From positions 1 through 57,321 of the forward strand of contig PULU01000125.1 of the NCBI GenBank assembly GCA_003551065.1: a stretch of 57,321 nucleotides of DNA. Direction: 5' to 3'. Both the position numbers and the translations under genes were made by a program. Of the stretch, positions 11,353 to 21,013 are shown piece after piece. Source of the DNA: Thermoplasmata archaeon (GTDB taxonomy: Archaea; Thermoplasmatota; Thermoplasmata; Halarchaeoplasmatales; Halarchaeoplasmataceae). The notes beneath the pieces are model-generated. The model was not told the DNA's origin, did not search any database, and saw only the letters and a list, made by a program, of their open reading frames with translations. Each line of letters opens with the position of its first letter. The stretch's first letter is position 1.

Positions 11353-13689
11353 GTGGAGATCATGGAGCATTATACTAGAAGGGATGTACATTTTCAACTT
11401 CATGATGTGAATTTGCTCGAAGCAGATGATGAAGATCTGGTAGAGATATCACAGGAGAGTGGAGTTGGTTTAAGTCTTAGCGAGATGAAAACAGTCAAGG
11501 AGCATTTTAAAGAATTAAGAAGGAATCCCACTGACCTAGAACTAGAGGCCATCGGACAGGCATGGTCAGAGCACTGCTGTTACAAGTCTTCCAAATGTAT
11601 CTTGAAGGACACCGTTTTCGACATCGATGCTCCTCAGAACATATACGTCATAGAAGAAGATGCTGGTGTCGTCGAATTCGATGAGGACCATGCCTATGTC
11701 GTAGCTTTAGAAAGCCATAACCACCCCTCAGCTATTGAACCTTATGGTGGTGCTGCCACTGGGATAGGTGGGATTGTAAGGGACGTAGCATGTATGGGGG
11801 CTCAGCCATTAGCCTTCGTAGATCCGCTTTTTTTCGGTCCTTTGGATTATGAATACGATGAGCTTCCCAAGGGGACTAAACATCCAAGATACCTATTTTC
11901 AGGTGTTGTGGATGGGATAAGTGATTACGGTAACAGATTGGGAATACCTACCCTTGCAGGTATGGTTTATTTCGATGAGAGTTACTTGACTAATTGTTTA
12001 GTCAATGTAGGTTGTATAGGCATTGCTAAGAAGGATGAACTCATAAGGAGTCGGGTAAAAGAACCTGGAGACATCTTTATAATGGCCGGTGGTAGAACTG
12101 GAAGAGATGGAATCCATGGTGTTACTTTTGCATCAGATGAACTGCACGAAGGATCTGAAGAAGAGGATATTGGTGCTGTCCAACTAGGTGACCCTATAAC
12201 TAAAGAACCATTAATCCATGCAAGCCTAGAGTTGAACCGTAAAGGACTCCTGCAGGGGATGAAAGATTTCGGAGGGGGTGGTTTATCATGCGTTGCTGGG
12301 GAGATGGCCCTTGCAGCAGGTTACGGAGCAGTGATACAGATAGATAAGGTACCCTTGAAACAGCCCGATATGGCACCATGGGAGATATGGGTGTCAGAGA
12401 GTCAAGAAAGGATGATGTATGCAGTTAAAGAGGAGAACGTCGAAGATGTTCTACATATCTGTAAGAAATGGGATGTTGAAGCAACGGTTGTAGGACACGT
12501 CATAAAAGAACCCCGTATGAGGGTTTATCATGATGACGAAAAGATCATGGATCTTGACCTAGAATTCCAAACTGGCGGACCTTCATACTGTAGACCTGTT
12601 GAAAGGATCAAGAAAGCAGAAAATATCGAGAACCAACCTCCTGAAGAGCCAAAAGACTACGATGAGATATTGATTGAGCTCCTTAAAAGTGATAATATCA
12701 ACAGTAAAGAATGGGTCATAAGACAGTACGATCACGAAGTGAGGGCAAATACCGTGATCAAGCCCTTGCAGGGAAAGTTAAATCAGCAGGGACCAGGTGA
12801 TGCATCTGTGATAAAACCAATAGAGGATTCTTTCAAGGGTATAGCGGTAACCACTGATGTCAATCCTAAACTGACTTATCTCGATCCAGAAAAAGGAGCC
12901 ATGTCAACAGTGGAAGAGTCTTTCAGGAACCTCATAGCCGTAGGTGCTAGACCTCACTCTTTAGCTGACTGTTTGAATTACGGTAACCCCGAGAAGCCAA
13001 AAAGACTCGGCGATTTTGATCTTACTGCTCAAGGTTTGGAAAAGATAGCTAGACCTCTAGGTATCCCATTTGTATCAGGTAATGTTAGTTTCTACAATGA
13101 AACCGATAAAGGTCCCGTCAAACCGACACCATCGATATTAGCCTGTGGTCTCATCGATGATATAAGAAAATCTGTAACCATGGATCTCAAGGAAGATGGA
13201 AACCTGATATACTTGATCGGTGAAACCAAAAATGAGATGGGGGGCTCAGAATATTATGAACTGATGGGTGGTAAGAGTGGTGATGTACCAGAAGTTGATG
13301 TCGAGCTCTTCGAAAAGAGTATGGAAGAGATGCTTGAAGCCCACTCGACGGGATTGATCACGAGCTGTCATGACATTTCTCAAGGTGGGGTCGCTGTAGC
13401 GGTTTCTGAGATGTGTTTAGCAGGCGATATAGGTGCAGAGATATCCATAGAAGGTGATATGAGAGCCGATAGTATGTTTTTTTCAGAAAGTAACACCCGC
13501 TGGTTGGTCGAGGTAGATAAAAGTAAAGTTGATGAGTTCGAATCAAATTTCAGTGTTCAATGTGAAAAGATCGGCAAGATCGGAGGAAAGAATCTAGAGA
13601 TATCGTACAACGGTTCACAGATGGTAGATATACCTATAAAAAAGATCAGGGATAGCTGGAAGGATACCCTGAGAGATAAGATGGAGTGA
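11353..13689 (+). CDS. purL: phosphoribosylformylglycinamidine synthase subunit PurL
   Basis: Motifs QAWSEHCCYKS, ESHNHPSAIEPYGGAATGIGG, RDGIHGVTFAS, FGGGGLSC, SESQERM. GTG start at 11353; ATG at 11362 is an alternative. Confidence 0.93.
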   Translation: MEIMEHYTRRDVHFQLHDVNLLEADDEDLVEISQESGVGLSLSEMKTVKEHFKELRRNPTDLELEAIGQAWSEHCCYKSSKCILKDTVFDIDAPQNIYVIEEDAGVVEFDEDHAYVVALESHNHPSAIEPYGGAATGIGGIVRDVACMGAQPLAFVDPLFFGPLDYEYDELPKGTKHPRYLFSGVVDGISDYGNRLGIPTLAGMVYFDESYLTNCLVNVGCIGIAKKDELIRSRVKEPGDIFIMAGGRTGRDGIHGVTFASDELHEGSEEEDIGAVQLGDPITKEPLIHASLELNRKGLLQGMKDFGGGGLSCVAGEMALAAGYGAVIQIDKVPLKQPDMAPWEIWVSESQERMMYAVKEENVEDVLHICKKWDVEATVVGHVIKEPRMRVYHDDEKIMDLDLEFQTGGPSYCRPVERIKKAENIENQPPEEPKDYDEILIELLKSDNINSKEWVIRQYDHEVRANTVIKPLQGKLNQQGPGDASVIKPIEDSFKGIAVTTDVNPKLTYLDPEKGAMSTVEESFRNLIAVGARPHSLADCLNYGNPEKPKRLGDFDLTAQGLEKIARPLGIPFVSGNVSFYNETDKGPVKPTPSILACGLIDDIRKSVTMDLKEDGNLIYLIGETKNEMGGSEYYELMGGKSGDVPEVDVELFEKSMEEMLEAHSTGLITSCHDISQGGVAVAVSEMCLAGDIGAEISIEGDMRADSMFFSESNTRWLVEVDKSKVDEFESNFSVQCEKIGKIGGKNLEISYNGSQMVDIPIKKIRDSWKDTLRDKME

Positions 13690-13692
13690 AGA

Positions 13693-14214
13693 TCACTCCC
13701 ATTCGATCTTCAGGAAACAATCTTCATCCCTTTTTTCTTTATGATCGATTATCTCGACGGTTCCTTTTGTGTTCGTAGCATCCAACCCGCCTAAAAAGAC
13801 ACCTTTCCATGCTAGACAAGTATATTCCGTGGTTACGACATCTTTACATTTTACTAAGGCGGAGTTCTCATCCAGGTCTATTTCGATTGAGCCGTAATCG
13901 AAGGTGTCTTGATAACTTTTCGGTGATTTTTTCAGCAATCTTTCGTAGGAAACGAACCTAACAAGATATGAAAGCATACCTAGGTCCTGGATAGCGTATC
14001 GAGCGGCTCTGATGACATATATTTCACCTTTTTCGCCTAAGAACCTGTGCATCTTTGAATGATATTTTATAGGATACCATCGAGTGTTCTTTATATCATC
14101 CATCTTGATGCCAACATACTCTTCACATTCTTTTAGTCCTTTAACACCCCAGAATTTTTTAACAGCTTTATAATACCCTTTTAGTAAATCCCCTCTAAAT
14201 TTCTTTTCCTCCAT
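13693..14214 (-). CDS. hypothetical protein (173 aa)
   Basis: Clean ORF with ATG start and coding-like composition. I recognise no motif. It lies 63 nt downstream of the HerA-like ATPase on the same strand. Confidence 0.5.
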   Translation of the reverse strand: MEEKKFRGDLLKGYYKAVKKFWGVKGLKECEEYVGIKMDDIKNTRWYPIKYHSKMHRFLGEKGEIYVIRAARYAIQDLGMLSYLVRFVSYERLLKKSPKSYQDTFDYGSIEIDLDENSALVKCKDVVTTEYTCLAWKGVFLGGLDATNTKGTVEIIDHKEKRDEDCFLKIEWE

Positions 14215-14277
14215 TTTCTCACCGATGTAGCTATGATAATGTGTTTTATAGTATTTTTTATTTACTACTCTTTTCGA

Positions 14278-15591
14278 TCAAGCCCTCTCATCTGTAGTGA
14301 GCGCTGAGGCATCGATGCCAGTATGTAAAGTTTGTCTAGGTCGGATCATGCAAAATTGGGTGCTCCGAGTTTTATCATCAAAAATTAACGCTAGTCCTCT
14401 TCTGAATTCCATCTGGCCTACCATCTCGTCTAGACCATTTTTCATATAAGACTGCTTAGCCATACCCAGGGCTGCTACATCGTCCCTTGCCGTAAGATTG
14501 TGAGCTATTATCAGATCAGATTGTCTGATAGCACTGTCGTGGACGGCTGATGGTTCTTGGGTCGCCAAGATCAGTGAAAGACCGGGATGTCTACCCAGCT
14601 TTATCCAATCCAGGAGTGGACCAGTGGCCAGGGTCTCATGTCCGTTTGGTAAAAACAGGTGAGCCTCATCTATGAGCATGTATATCAAAGGATGGTCCTC
14701 TGTTATATCTTCACTTGTCTCTGAATCTACAAGACCAGCCTGGCCCTGCATCTCGATAGTCGAGTATAGTGTTCTTTCGGCCATCTGTCTTCTTGCGAAT
14801 ATCGACACGATGAGGTTCCTCAGTTCAAAATCGCCTATCCTCCCTAAGTAAGATATGTCCAGGACGGTGATCTTACCTCCTTCTGCTATCTGGGAACCCA
14901 TACCATCTTTTGAAAACAGTTTGAGTTCTTCGATCATCTGGAAGTACGAGGTCAAAGCTTCTTTGGTCCTTTCATCTCTAGAAATCTTCTCGATAGCCCC
15001 ATAGAGGTCTTCAAAAGAATAATGTTCACCCTTGAGTTCGGTGATGGTCTTTTGAAGAAGTACACCGGTCGGTTCAGTGAGTTTAAGATCAAAGAGTTCC
15101 ATCCATTCAGATATAGTAACATCCGATAGTGTTAGTTTTAGTAATTGATCGTGGAAAATTTCATACCCTTTCTTTTCGGCTTCATCTACAGCTATCTCTG
15201 GAACTAGGACCCTGACTCTATCTTCAAAGGAATCCGGTTCTATGTCGAAGTCTTTCATCCGTTGGATCTCTTTTTGAGTGGTATTCTCCTTTTTCAGACT
15301 GTGGAAAACACTCATGGTATCGACGATAACGAGAGCAACCCGCTCCCGATGTTTTTCTTTTAACTCACAGAAACCCTCCGCTAGAACTCCCAGAGTGTAG
15401 GATTTGCCTGTACCTCTCTTCCCGACAACTAACATACAATGAGGAGACACGATATCGAGATAGGTCTTACCCATCTCTTCGTATTCTCCACCGGGGTACG
15501 AAACGCTTTTACCCAGAAAACAGCAGCCTAGGGTTCCTAACCTTTCTGCATTACTTTCGGATCGACCTAATATCTCTTGGATATGGAGCAA
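14278..15591 (-). CDS. HerA/DUF87-type (FtsK-HerA superfamily) P-loop ATPase
   Basis: Walker A VVGKRGTGKSYTLG. Walker B YMLIDEAHLFLP. LILATQEPSAVHDSAIRQSDLIIAHNL is typical of COG0433-like ATPases. TTG start lies 15 nt after the pilin-like gene stop. Confidence 0.75.
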   Translation of the reverse strand: MLHIQEILGRSESNAERLGTLGCCFLGKSVSYPGGEYEEMGKTYLDIVSPHCMLVVGKRGTGKSYTLGVLAEGFCELKEKHRERVALVIVDTMSVFHSLKKENTTQKEIQRMKDFDIEPDSFEDRVRVLVPEIAVDEAEKKGYEIFHDQLLKLTLSDVTISEWMELFDLKLTEPTGVLLQKTITELKGEHYSFEDLYGAIEKISRDERTKEALTSYFQMIEELKLFSKDGMGSQIAEGGKITVLDISYLGRIGDFELRNLIVSIFARRQMAERTLYSTIEMQGQAGLVDSETSEDITEDHPLIYMLIDEAHLFLPNGHETLATGPLLDWIKLGRHPGLSLILATQEPSAVHDSAIRQSDLIIAHNLTARDDVAALGMAKQSYMKNGLDEMVGQMEFRRGLALIFDDKTRSTQFCMIRPRQTLHTGIDASALTTDERA

Positions 15592-15606
15592 TCGAAAGCC
15601 TCTATT

Positions 15607-16038
15607 TTAGTTTTGTACAGTTATAACTGTTGTTCTAACAGTAGTCACATCGCCTGTATATCTCGCTGTGACTTCTATCTCTCCGAAGTTTTGATTCTGA
15701 GATAATGAGGGGTTTATTCCTGTAAATGTATATGTGCCATCTGCCTCGGTTTCACCCGATTCAACGACATCACAACCTTCTAAAGTAATAACCACTCCTT
15801 CCAATCCGTTCCCATCTCGATCATAAGCTGTTACATCTATATTTTGACCAGATGAAGTAGATATAACCCTATCGTCCTCATCGACCTCTATACTTTCAAG
15901 TTCAGTAGATTGTGCGCTAGACATCCATCCCACAATTATAGCTGTTGCAACACCGGCGATGACCACGAGTAGAATTAGATAGAGAGGTAATCCTTCCAGT
16001 GCTCCGTCATTCGATAGTTTTTTTCTATTCTTATTCAT
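15607..16038 (-). CDS. type IV pilin-like (class III signal peptide) protein with CarboxypepD_reg-like beta-sandwich
   Basis: N-terminus MNKNRKKLSNDGALEGLPLYLILLVVIAGVATAII has a basic head, a G/A cleavage-like site, an LE motif and a hydrophobic helix. The C-terminal part contains ETEADGTYTFTGINP. Confidence 0.6.
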   Translation of the reverse strand: MNKNRKKLSNDGALEGLPLYLILLVVIAGVATAIIVGWMSSAQSTELESIEVDEDDRVISTSSGQNIDVTAYDRDGNGLEGVVITLEGCDVVESGETEADGTYTFTGINPSLSQNQNFGEIEVTARYTGDVTTVRTTVITVQN

Positions 16039-16573
16039 TATATCGGCCGGTTACAATTTACGCCATTATTTAATATTTTTGACAAAGTATTTAAAATAAG
16101 AGACTGTATATAGTTTTTTTGAAAACAAACTTTTCATATAAGATTTATCAATAATTAAAAGAATGCTATGTGTATGATCATAAATCCCACATTTACTATC
16201 TCTTATTTTCCTATCAGGTCAAACCAGACCAGAGTTCCAAAAGCCAATGAACCGAGTACGTTGAAGTAGATGAATTCGCGTTCGAACCAGGTCGAGGTTA
16301 TTATCTTTACACTGAAGAAGAAACTACCTGGACCATAGAATACTAAAACACTCTTTCTTTTTTATTCTTTTTTTACCTTTTATAGTCAATGACCCGAGTT
16401 TTTGTACTATTTGAGGGTCTTTGACTCACTTCTGGAATCAAATTCCCGATTGTGTAACAATTTTGAAAAAATTATCACTAAGTTAGAATTACCCTAAAAT
16501 TCTGATACTCGAAGGAATTGCAAAGTAATACCTGTAGAAACAGTGGAGTTCGTAACTTAGTTTAAAACACTAA

Positions 16574-16617
16574 GGAATCAAAAGATTCCTCATGTCTTAG
16601 GAAAGTCTACTTTCCTA
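16574..16617. repeat. two adjacent perfect hairpins in a long intergenic spacer
   Basis: GGAATC-AAAA-GATTCC (16574-16589) and TAGGAAAG-TCTA-CTTTCCTA (16598-16617). A related GGAAT-CAA-ATTCC palindrome lies at 16434-16446. Confidence 0.6.
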
Positions 16618-16737
16618 AAAGATGGTACGAGTCCCAGTATAATTTTCTAAATATTTGGTTCTACTTTGGAATAACATAAATTGACTGGTAGCTAGTATAA
16701 AAGGGTTACTCCGAAGAAATAAATAATAAAAAAACGT

Positions 16738-16751
16738 AAAGTATAATATAT
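16738..16751 (+). promoter_or_regulatory. TATA-like element upstream of the carboxypeptidase gene
   Basis: AAAGTATAATATAT is centred about 32 nt upstream of ATG 16777. This fits an archaeal TATA box with a short or absent leader. Sequence-only call. Confidence 0.3.
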
Positions 16752-16776
16752 CTGTTTAAAAAGATGTGGGAAGAAT

Positions 16777-19700
16777 ATGGTATTTAAAAAACATTTTACT
16801 GCTTTTACGGTCGTAGTTATTTTAATATTATCTGTTATGGCTGTAGGGTCCACTATATCAAAATACGAAATCGAAAACGAAGATAGTCAGATTGTACTCG
16901 AAGTTGAAACAATAGATGAGATTCAAAGTGGAGATATCGAAAAGACAGTGGGAGCTCCATCAGAAGACACGGTTCTTGAAGAAGGTTATCCATTCCCTGA
17001 AGAGTATCCCACCGTTCAGCAGTTGAATGACTGGTACGACGATATCGTAGACGAATATCCTGAGATCACGAAGAATATAAACATAGGTGAATCCTACGAA
17101 GGCAGGGATATGTGGGTGATCAAGGTATCTGATGACGTTGAAGAAGAACAGGACGAACCCAGTATTTTTATCCATGGTAACCTACACACAAGAGAGTGGT
17201 CCACCAATCAGGCATCGGCATATTTTCTGTGGAGACTGGTTGAAGATTACGGTTCTAACGATACCATCACATGGCTAGTAGATAATAGGCAGATATACGT
17301 AGCACCAATGACGAATCCAGACGGTTATATATACGACGGAGAAGGAGATCTCAGTCAAGCTCAAGGTTGGAGGAAGAATAGAAACGATTCTACACCTACA
17401 GAATATGTTGGAGTTGATCTTAATAGGAACTGGGCTACAGATTGGGAAAACGGAGATGATAATCCATGGGAAGACACTTACCGTGGAGAAGCACCTTTTT
17501 CAGAATATGAAACACGGAATTTGAGAGATTTTATACTCGAAAAAGAGATCGATTCGTACCAGGATATGCACAGTCATGCCGGGACATTATTGATACCCTG
17601 GTGCTATACTTCGGATCCCTCACCTCATGACGACTGGTACCGGGATATGGCTGAGGACATGACATCTATGACTTCTCTTTTGGGTGATGATAGTCAGCAG
17701 TACAGTTACGGACAGCCGTCAGAGGAGATCGGTTACTCGGCATCCGGTGGCTCTATCGATTGGGTTTACGATGATATCGGTGCGGTAAGTCTATGTTACG
17801 AACTCTACACTCCTGATGATGGGATGGATGGATTTTATCCTGATGAAGAATACATAATGGATATCAATCTCGACGTTTACGATTCGTTAGTTTATCAAGC
17901 TAGGATAGCAGATATCGATCTTGGTGATGGTACTGAACATCTCTATCCGCCCAGTCCTTACATCGTTTATGGGACGGTGGAAGATGAATACGGCAATCCA
18001 TATTCGGGAATCGAAGTCGAGATAGAAAATTTGGCAACCGGTGAAACTATATCTATCCAGACGGATCACAATGGTTATTACGAGTTGAACTTTGGGACTC
18101 TGGTCGAAGAAGGGTACTCATCCGACGATACATTTGAGATAAGAACGGGTTCCCACTCTGAACAGTTCACCATAGCTGATGAGTGGGGTCAGAGAAAAGA
18201 TATGTTATCGGAAATTGGTGGTGATCCACCTGAGGTAGTGTTGAACAGGCCAGACGGCGGTGAAACATTCGATGCAGGAGATATCGAGGAGATCGAATGG
18301 ACCACCGAGGAAGGAGATGATCCGATAGATAGTATTCATTTATCTTACAGTACTGATAACGGTAACAGTTGGGACGTGATCGAAAACGATCTAGAAGATA
18401 CTGGAACTTATGATTGGATAGTACCTAATGAGCACAGTTCAAATTGTCTAGTCAAAGTTCAGGCTGTAGATGAAGAATATCGTTTTAACTATGACCAAAG
18501 CAGTGACGTGTTCGAAATCATGGGAGTACCACCTGATAAACCTGAGAATCTACAAGTAGAGCATCATGGGGTCGAAGGAAATGCAGTGGAGAACCATCAA
18601 TTTGTAGATGGTTATGAGCCATGGGAACTCACTAGGGACGTAGATGAAGGTGAGGCCGGTTGGGACGGTGCCGGCTACCAGGAAGGCGGTTCGATAAAGG
18701 TATCGGCGGAACAGGTAGGCAGTGGTACCTCGACTGAAGAATCCTACTGGGAACAGGAGTTGATTCCTTTGTCCAACGAAATAAAAGTCGATGGAGCTTT
18801 CAGGAGAAATATCGAGTTAGATCATAGTGATTGCAGTGTGGATCAAGCCTCCATCGAGATATTACTCCATGACACAGGGACAGGTTGGGAATCGGTCATC
18901 ATGGACGATGATTCGTCAGAAGGAGATACAGGCTGGGAAGAGTTTGAAACAACCACGTACGATCCTGAGGGTCAAGTAGATGCGGTTAGGATAAGTATGG
19001 CTGTTGAAGCTCAAGGACATACAGAATGGTTTATAACTGATCACGAAGCACTTGGAGAACTTTGGGTTGATCATCTTAGTTTATCAGTGGAAGATGGTGA
19101 TTTAGACCATAATCTACTGACATGGGATGCGAGTCCAGATGATCCTGAAGAGGTCAGTCATTATCACATCTATCGTTCTGAAGAACAAGAAGGTCCTTGG
19201 GACGAACCAATAGATGATGTTGAAGCTGAGGGATTAGAAGAGTATGAATTTATCGATATAAACAAAGGTGAAGCTGATGATATCTATTGGTGGTACGTTG
19301 TAAGAGCAGTCGGAGAGAACGGTATAGAGGAGGAGAATGAAGATACTGTACAGGAACCGGATGATGAAATGGAGAACATGGATATCGAGCTGTTTGACGA
19401 AAGTGATTCAGATGGTTGGAACTTCGTGTCATTCAATCTTGAGTTAGAAGACACAGAACTTGAATCGATTCTAGAACACGAGGACTACGGCATATCTGAT
19501 AACTACGACAGAGTGATGTACTACGATGCAGGTGCCGATGAATGGTACTCATACGTACCAGGCAGAGCTGATCACTTCAACACTCTCGAAAATTGGGATC
19601 ATACGATGGGGGTCTGGATACGGATGACAGCTGACGATGTTTTAACGACCGAAGGACAGGAGCCCACAGAGACAACAATCATACTGTACGAAGGATGGAA

Positions 19701-19890
19701 CATGGTGGGCTATGCTGGTAGTGAATCTGGAACAGGAGTACCTGATCAGGTGACACAGATAGGATACTTCGATGCTAGTGAGAAATACAATGTTGCATAC
19801 ACAACAGATGTCGATGGTTTCTTTTTCACGCCTGGAGAAGGTTACTGGGTGTATGCTGAACAGCAAGTTGAATGGATCGTTGAATACTAA
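16777..19890 (+). CDS. secreted/anchored multidomain M14 zinc carboxypeptidase, extremely acidic
   Basis: N-terminal hydrophobic signal/anchor (FTAFTVVVILILSVMAV). M14 motifs HGNLHTREWS (HxxE), MTNPDGY, DMHSHAG. CarboxypepD_reg-like segment (YGTVEDEYGNPYSGIEVEIENLATGE...TDHNGYY). It is followed by about 600 aa of D/E-rich beta-type domains. Confidence 0.8.
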   Translation: MVFKKHFTAFTVVVILILSVMAVGSTISKYEIENEDSQIVLEVETIDEIQSGDIEKTVGAPSEDTVLEEGYPFPEEYPTVQQLNDWYDDIVDEYPEITKNINIGESYEGRDMWVIKVSDDVEEEQDEPSIFIHGNLHTREWSTNQASAYFLWRLVEDYGSNDTITWLVDNRQIYVAPMTNPDGYIYDGEGDLSQAQGWRKNRNDSTPTEYVGVDLNRNWATDWENGDDNPWEDTYRGEAPFSEYETRNLRDFILEKEIDSYQDMHSHAGTLLIPWCYTSDPSPHDDWYRDMAEDMTSMTSLLGDDSQQYSYGQPSEEIGYSASGGSIDWVYDDIGAVSLCYELYTPDDGMDGFYPDEEYIMDINLDVYDSLVYQARIADIDLGDGTEHLYPPSPYIVYGTVEDEYGNPYSGIEVEIENLATGETISIQTDHNGYYELNFGTLVEEGYSSDDTFEIRTGSHSEQFTIADEWGQRKDMLSEIGGDPPEVVLNRPDGGETFDAGDIEEIEWTTEEGDDPIDSIHLSYSTDNGNSWDVIENDLEDTGTYDWIVPNEHSSNCLVKVQAVDEEYRFNYDQSSDVFEIMGVPPDKPENLQVEHHGVEGNAVENHQFVDGYEPWELTRDVDEGEAGWDGAGYQEGGSIKVSAEQVGSGTSTEESYWEQELIPLSNEIKVDGAFRRNIELDHSDCSVDQASIEILLHDTGTGWESVIMDDDSSEGDTGWEEFETTTYDPEGQVDAVRISMAVEAQGHTEWFITDHEALGELWVDHLSLSVEDGDLDHNLLTWDASPDDPEEVSHYHIYRSEEQEGPWDEPIDDVEAEGLEEYEFIDINKGEADDIYWWYVVRAVGENGIEEENEDTVQEPDDEMENMDIELFDESDSDGWNFVSFNLELEDTELESILEHEDYGISDNYDRVMYYDAGADEWYSYVPGRADHFNTLENWDHTMGVWIRMTADDVLTTEGQEPTETTIILYEGWNMVGYAGSESGTGVPDQVTQIGYFDASEKYNVAYTTDVDGFFFTPGEGYWVYAEQQVEWIVEY

Positions 19891-19987
19891 AAAATCGATT
19901 CAAATAAATTTATGTTAAGAGCCATTACAAGATCTATGTTTAGAAAAACAAAAGAATTTAATACATAACTCGAACTACTCAAATTGT

Positions 19988-20905
19988 ATGCGACCTGGCG
20001 AATTCAAACCATATTATCTTTATCGCTTTCTTCTTTGGAAGTTAGGTAATAAAAGTCCCTTAAGTGCTGTGGCAAAGATCACTAATAAGTGCAATCTGAA
20101 ATGCAACCATTGTCCTTGGTGGAAGCGAGATATTCAAGATGCTAGTACCGAAGAATGGTTTCAAATTTTACGATGGGCTAGGAAACAGGGCGTGATCCAC
20201 CTTATATTGGAAGGTGGTGAACCAACACTCAGACCAGATATAGATGAACTGATTTCTTATGCCAAAAATCTCGGAATGTTAGTGATGGTAATAACTAATG
20301 GACTACATGATTTAAGTGACCATGATCCAGATAGTTACTGGATTTCAATAGAAGGTTATGGTAAAATTCACGATCAGAACCGAAGTAAAGGTACATTTGA
20401 AAGGGTTGTAAATAATATTAAAAAGAATACAGAGGTGAATAAGGTAGTTGGAATAACCTTGAATGAGAGAAATAAACATCAATTAGAAAAGATAGCTTCT
20501 TTCTTTTCAAAAATCACAGAAGGTGTGTGGTTTAATTTTATGTATCCATACAAGGGTTATGAGGATCTAGCACTCCCAATAAAAGAGCAGAGAGAGATTG
20601 CAGAAAAAATAATGAGGATGAAAAGAAAAGGAGACTACAATATCATCAGTTCAAACTCTTATTTAAACTCCATTAGGCATACCAGAAAAAAAGAGTATTG
20701 TGCTTCTTTTTTAACACTTTTAATAGACGTTGACCTCACTTATCATCAAGGTTGCACTATCGAACAGATAGAAGAATGTAGATGTGAAGTATGTAATCTT
20801 GGATGTTATGGAGAACTTACTGAGGCGATAAATCTTAAAAAAGATGCTATTCAATTTTTGAAAGATACAACGGGTTTGAATGACGGATTACTAAAAATGT
20901 CATAA
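19988..20905 (+). CDS. radical SAM enzyme with Cys-rich C-terminal (SPASM/twitch-like) region
   Basis: CNLKCNHC CxxxCxxC motif at 20090-20113. GGEPTL glycine-rich SAM motif. C-terminal YCASF...CTIEQIEECRCEVCNLGCYGE. Confidence 0.8.
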   Translation: MRPGEFKPYYLYRFLLWKLGNKSPLSAVAKITNKCNLKCNHCPWWKRDIQDASTEEWFQILRWARKQGVIHLILEGGEPTLRPDIDELISYAKNLGMLVMVITNGLHDLSDHDPDSYWISIEGYGKIHDQNRSKGTFERVVNNIKKNTEVNKVVGITLNERNKHQLEKIASFFSKITEGVWFNFMYPYKGYEDLALPIKEQREIAEKIMRMKRKGDYNIISSNSYLNSIRHTRKKEYCASFLTLLIDVDLTYHQGCTIEQIEECRCEVCNLGCYGELTEAINLKKDAIQFLKDTTGLNDGLLKMS

Positions 20906-21013
20906 AATACTGAAAAATTTTTGTTGACCAAAATAGTAAAAGTTAGTATTTATTCAATTGATTTTACGGATCTATGGAAATTTGGACCAAAATTATATAT
21001 ATTAAAGCACAAG

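Noticed and set aside
16203-16358. 52-codon open frame on the minus strand in the long spacer (…VFYGPGSFFFSVKIITSTWFEREFIYFNVLGSLAFGTLVWFDLIGK)
   Set aside because: It has no ATG, GTG or TTG start upstream of the hydrophobic part and is bounded by stops. It could be a gene remnant but cannot be distinguished from chance in AT-rich DNA.
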